DNA of 64,000 nt from Actinomycetota bacterium (GTDB taxonomy: Bacteria > Actinomycetota > Geothermincolia > Geothermincolales > RBG-13-55-18). The notes below the pieces were generated by a model, which worked only from the letters and a program-made list of their open reading frames with translations, was not told the origin of the DNA and ran no database searches. Positions 60,668-64,000 of this stretch are shown here, in pieces. Within the stretch, counting starts at the first letter, position 1, and the number at the start of each line of letters is the position of its first letter. Position numbers and translations under genes: made by a program. The stretch lies in assembly GCA_013178005.1 (NCBI GenBank), contig JABLXL010000045.1, positions 4,438 through 68,437 of the forward strand, given 5' to 3'.

Positions 60668-62212
60668 ATGAACACCCTGGGCGACATACCGAGAAAGCAC
60701 GCCCGCCTGGACCCCGAGAAGGAATGCATGGTCTGCGGCGAGGTCAGGCTGACCTGGAGGGAGCTCAACCGGCGCGTCAACCGGCTGGCCAACGCCCTGG
60801 CCGGATTGGGGGTGGAAAAAGGCGCCAAGGTGGCCACCCTGGCGCTCAACTGCCACCGCCTCATCGAGATTTATTACGCCACCTCGAAGATAGGGGCGGT
60901 GACCGTGCCCCTGAACTTCCGGCTGGCGCCGGACGAGCTGGTCTACGTGATCAACCACTCCGACGCCGAGGTGCTCATTGCGGACCACAACACCATCGAG
61001 ATGGCCAAGTCGATTCTCCCGCGGCTCGAGAGCGTCCGCGAGCGCGTCGCCTTCGTGGCGCAAGCCGAGGGGTGGCGGGACTACGAGGCGCTGCTCGAGG
61101 AGGCCCCGGATACCGAGCCCGACGTGGAGGTGGACGAGGACGACCTCTGCCACATCCAGTACACCGGCGGAACCACCGGGCTGCCCAAGGGGGTGATGAT
61201 CACCCACCGCAACTATCTGACCACCGCCATAGGCATGGGCCTGGCGCTGGAGTTCCAGCCCCATTACTCCACCCTGCAGGTCCTCCCCATCTTCCACACC
61301 GCGTGGTGGCCGGTGCTCGTGCACCACCTCGCCGGATGCCGGGCGGTCATCGCCCCGCGCTTCGACTTCCAGGAGATACTGGCCACCGCCGAGAGGGAGA
61401 GGGTCACCCATATAAACATGGTGCCGGTGCTCTTCTCCTGGCTGCTCGATTTCCCCGACGCGGACAAGTACGACCTCTCCAGCATCAGGTATTTCTCCTA
61501 CGCCGGCGCCCCCATGCCCGAGGAGGTGCTCAGGCGCTGCATCGCCAGGTTCGGCCCCATCTTCCAGCAGGGCTACGGCCTCACCGAGGCCTCTCCCCTG
61601 GGCACCATGCTCTTGCAGGAGGACCAGTGCCGCCTGGAGGGGCCGCCCGAGCTGGTCCGGCGCATCAACTCCTGCGGGCGCGAGAGCCTGGTCACCGAGG
61701 TCCGGGTGGTGGACGAGGAGGACAACGACGTGCCCGTGGGGGAGATCGGCGAGATCGTCATCCGCGGCAAGAACGTGATGAAGGGATACTGGAAGGATCC
61801 GGAACTCACGGCCAGGACCCTGCGCGGCGGGTGGCTGCACACCGGCGACCTGGCCACCGTGGACGAACACGGGTTCATCTACATCGTGGACCGCAAGCAC
61901 GACATGATCATCACCGGGGGGGAGAACGTCTACCCCTTCGAGGTCGAGCAGGTGATCTACGAGCACCCCGCGGTGCTGACCGTGGCGGTGGTGGGGGTCA
62001 AAAGCGAGAAGTGGGGCGAGGAAGTGACGGCGGCGGTGGCCCTGAAGCAGGGGATGCAGGCCACGGAGGAGGAGATCATCGCCCTCTGCCGGAGCAGGAT
62101 CGCCGGCTACAAGTGCCCCAAGCGCGTGGTTTTCGTGGAGAGCATCCCCACCTCGGCCATCGGCAAGGTGCTGCGCCGCCAGGTGAGAGAGCAGCTCGAG
62201 TTGGAGAAATGA
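60668..62212 (+). CDS. Acyl-CoA synthetase (long-chain fatty acid--CoA ligase family)
   Basis: YTGGTTGLPKG, QGYGLTE, WLHTGD, DRKHDMIITGGENVYP, SAIGKVLRR. Confidence 0.95.
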   Translation: MNTLGDIPRKHARLDPEKECMVCGEVRLTWRELNRRVNRLANALAGLGVEKGAKVATLALNCHRLIEIYYATSKIGAVTVPLNFRLAPDELVYVINHSDAEVLIADHNTIEMAKSILPRLESVRERVAFVAQAEGWRDYEALLEEAPDTEPDVEVDEDDLCHIQYTGGTTGLPKGVMITHRNYLTTAIGMGLALEFQPHYSTLQVLPIFHTAWWPVLVHHLAGCRAVIAPRFDFQEILATAERERVTHINMVPVLFSWLLDFPDADKYDLSSIRYFSYAGAPMPEEVLRRCIARFGPIFQQGYGLTEASPLGTMLLQEDQCRLEGPPELVRRINSCGRESLVTEVRVVDEEDNDVPVGEIGEIVIRGKNVMKGYWKDPELTARTLRGGWLHTGDLATVDEHGFIYIVDRKHDMIITGGENVYPFEVEQVIYEHPAVLTVAVVGVKSEKWGEEVTAAVALKQGMQATEEEIIALCRSRIAGYKCPKRVVFVESIPTSAIGKVLRRQVREQLELEK

Positions 62213-62293
62213 CGCCCGGGGCGAGGCGGCGGTGAGGGCCGATGCCCCGGTATGGCGGTGCGCCGGAGGGCCATTGAGCTGAGGGGGGAGCCG

Positions 62294-64000
62294 ATGCGGA
62301 AAAGAGTGGTAAGGACGGCCTGCCGCATGTGCCACGGCGTGTGCCAGGTGCTGGTGCACCTGGAGGGGGACCGCGTGGTCAAGGTGACCGGCGACCCGGA
62401 AAGCGTCACCAGCCGCGGCTATATCTGCGCCAAGGGCAGGGCCGCGCCCGAGCTCCTGTACCATCCCGACCGCGTGCTGTATCCCCTGCGGCGGGCGGGA
62501 AGAAGGGGAGAGAACAGGTGGGAGCGCATCTCCTGGGACGAAGCCCTGGACGAGCTCGCGGCCAGGCTGGCCGCCGTGAGGGACGAGAGCGGGCCGGAGT
62601 ACGTGGGCCTGGTACAGGGGACCGGACGTCCCTACGAGAACCTCTTCAACCGCTTCGCCAATGCTTTCGGGACGCCCAACTACACCGCTCCCGCCCACCT
62701 CTGCTACCTGCCGCGCATCATGGTCAACTTCTTCAGCATGGGCTTCCCCCTCCTGCCCATATGCGACGTCTACGGGCTCGGCGGGGAGATGCCGGCGTGC
62801 GTGGTGGTGTGGGGCTGCAACATCACCGAAACCGGCGCTGCAGACGGCATGTGCGGGCACATGCTGCGGCGCGCCATCGAGGGGGCGAAGAGGGTCATCG
62901 TGGTGGATCCGAGAAGGACGGGGCCCGCCGGCAAGGCCGACCACTGGCTGCAGATCAGGCCCGGGACGGACGGGGCCCTCGCCCTGGCCATGCTCAACGT
63001 GATCGTCGCCGAGGATCTCATCGACCATTCCTTCGTGAGGGACTACACCACCGGATTCGACGAACTCGCCGAACACGTGCGGGGATTCACGCCCGAGTGG
63101 GCGGAGGGGATAACGCGCGTGGCAGCGGAGGAGATAAGGGCGGCGGCGCGCGCCTACGCCACCATAAAACCGGCGTGCATCCAGTGGGGAAACGCCGTCG
63201 ACCAGAGCATGTGCAATTTCCAGACCTCGCGGGCGCTCCTCATCCTGCGCGCCGTCACCGGGAACCTGGACCGCCCGGGGGCCGACTTCTTCCCCCCGCA
63301 GGTGCCGGGCGCTCGCCACAAGACCCCCTTCGTGGACATCGCTTTCTCCGGCATGCAGTTCCTGCCCCCGGAGAAGCGCGCCGTCAAGGTCGGCGGTTTC
63401 GACTACCCGATCATGGTGACCGTACAGTCGCCCGCCTTCTGGCGCTCCATCGCCACCGGAGAGCCGTACCGCATGCGCGCGGTATGGATCATGGGGTCCA
63501 ACCCGCTGGTCACCTCCACCCATTCCCTGGAGATCGAGGAGGCGCTGCGCAAGCTGGAGTTCGTCGCGGTCTCGGACATGTTCCTCACCCCCACCGCCCA
63601 GTACGCGGACCTCTTCCTCCCCGCCTCCACCTGGCTGGAGTACGACGAGATACACACCAGCGGCGGCCACACCTTCAGCCTCCTGGCGCGCCGCAAGGTG
63701 GCGCGGGTGGGCGACACCCTGGACGACCAGGAGGTGATCATCCGGGTGGCCAACCGGCTGGGCCTGAAGGAGGCGTTTCCCTGGAGGAGCCACCGCGAGT
63801 TGAGCGAATGGGTGCTGGAGGGCACGGGCATGAGCTTCGAGGAGTTCCTGGAGAGGGGCATCCTGGTCGGCGAACCGCGTTATCGCAAGTACGAGGACCC
63901 GGGCTTCTTCCTCACCCCTTCCGGCAAGTTCGAGATATACTGCAAGACCCTGGAAGGGATGGGAGTTAGTCCCCTTCCCGTTTACCGGGAGCCGCCCTTA
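62294..64000 (+). CDS. Molybdopterin-dependent oxidoreductase (DMSO reductase family), partial at the window end
   Basis: Manual translation: CRMCHGVC...CAKG, HPDRVLYP, RISWDEAL, VVWGCN, VVDPR, RPGTDGALA, DMFLTPTA, TPSGKFE; frame is continuous to 64000. Confidence 0.92.
   Translation, partial: MRKRVVRTACRMCHGVCQVLVHLEGDRVVKVTGDPESVTSRGYICAKGRAAPELLYHPDRVLYPLRRAGRRGENRWERISWDEALDELAARLAAVRDESGPEYVGLVQGTGRPYENLFNRFANAFGTPNYTAPAHLCYLPRIMVNFFSMGFPLLPICDVYGLGGEMPACVVVWGCNITETGAADGMCGHMLRRAIEGAKRVIVVDPRRTGPAGKADHWLQIRPGTDGALALAMLNVIVAEDLIDHSFVRDYTTGFDELAEHVRGFTPEWAEGITRVAAEEIRAAARAYATIKPACIQWGNAVDQSMCNFQTSRALLILRAVTGNLDRPGADFFPPQVPGARHKTPFVDIAFSGMQFLPPEKRAVKVGGFDYPIMVTVQSPAFWRSIATGEPYRMRAVWIMGSNPLVTSTHSLEIEEALRKLEFVAVSDMFLTPTAQYADLFLPASTWLEYDEIHTSGGHTFSLLARRKVARVGDTLDDQEVIIRVANRLGLKEAFPWRSHRELSEWVLEGTGMSFEEFLERGILVGEPRYRKYEDPGFFLTPSGKFEIYCKTLEGMGVSPLPVYREPPL

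Noticed and set aside
62294-62360. Calling the Mo enzyme acetylene hydratase
   Set aside because: The Asp adjacent to the Fe-S Cys in acetylene hydratase is His here (CRMCHGVC).
62329-63969. 546-aa plus-strand ORF from the track
   Set aside because: Wrong frame; the molybdoenzyme motifs are in the frame starting at 62294, which has no stop inside the window.

Overview
GC-rich bacterial chromosomal window. The rpsF-ssb-rpsR-rplI-dnaB order and the anaerobic Fe-S/acyl-CoA gene content suggest an anaerobic, probably actinobacterial host (inference only). Housekeeping genes include argS, htrA, mscS, trxBA, dnaB, rplI, rpsR, ssb, rpsF, nfi, cysK, nadA and trpB2. Accessory content: (i) a class IIC group II intron (4751-6628, minus) inserted just after an intrinsic terminator that has no protein-coding gene upstream, suggesting an unannotated structured RNA at about 6630-6905; (ii) a minus-strand anaerobic acyl-CoA cluster (20986-33927) with a probable heteromeric acyl-CoA dehydrogenase pair, three uncharacterised proteins sharing a ~55-aa amphipathic helical repeat, a 2-hydroxyacyl-CoA dehydratase pair, its activase and a polyferredoxin, with a TetR and TGAC-N4-GTCA palindromes nearby; (iii) a GNAT toxin-like gene with an atypical small partner; (iv) a peptide/nickel ABC cassette without ATPases and an orphan MNT; (v) an IS481-like remnant; (vi) a second acyl-CoA operon (Cys-less thiolase-like protein, DUF35, OYE, enoyl-CoA hydratase, ACAD, CoA ligase, molybdoenzyme) under a MerR-TetR fusion regulator. 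Non-coding highlights are a diverged tandem hairpin motif upstream of htrA, two tandem duplications that each copy an RBS plus start codon, and a dense hairpin array at 58448-58641. Several isolated 1-nt deletions may be sequencing or assembly errors. All family calls come from motifs read by eye; no searches were run.
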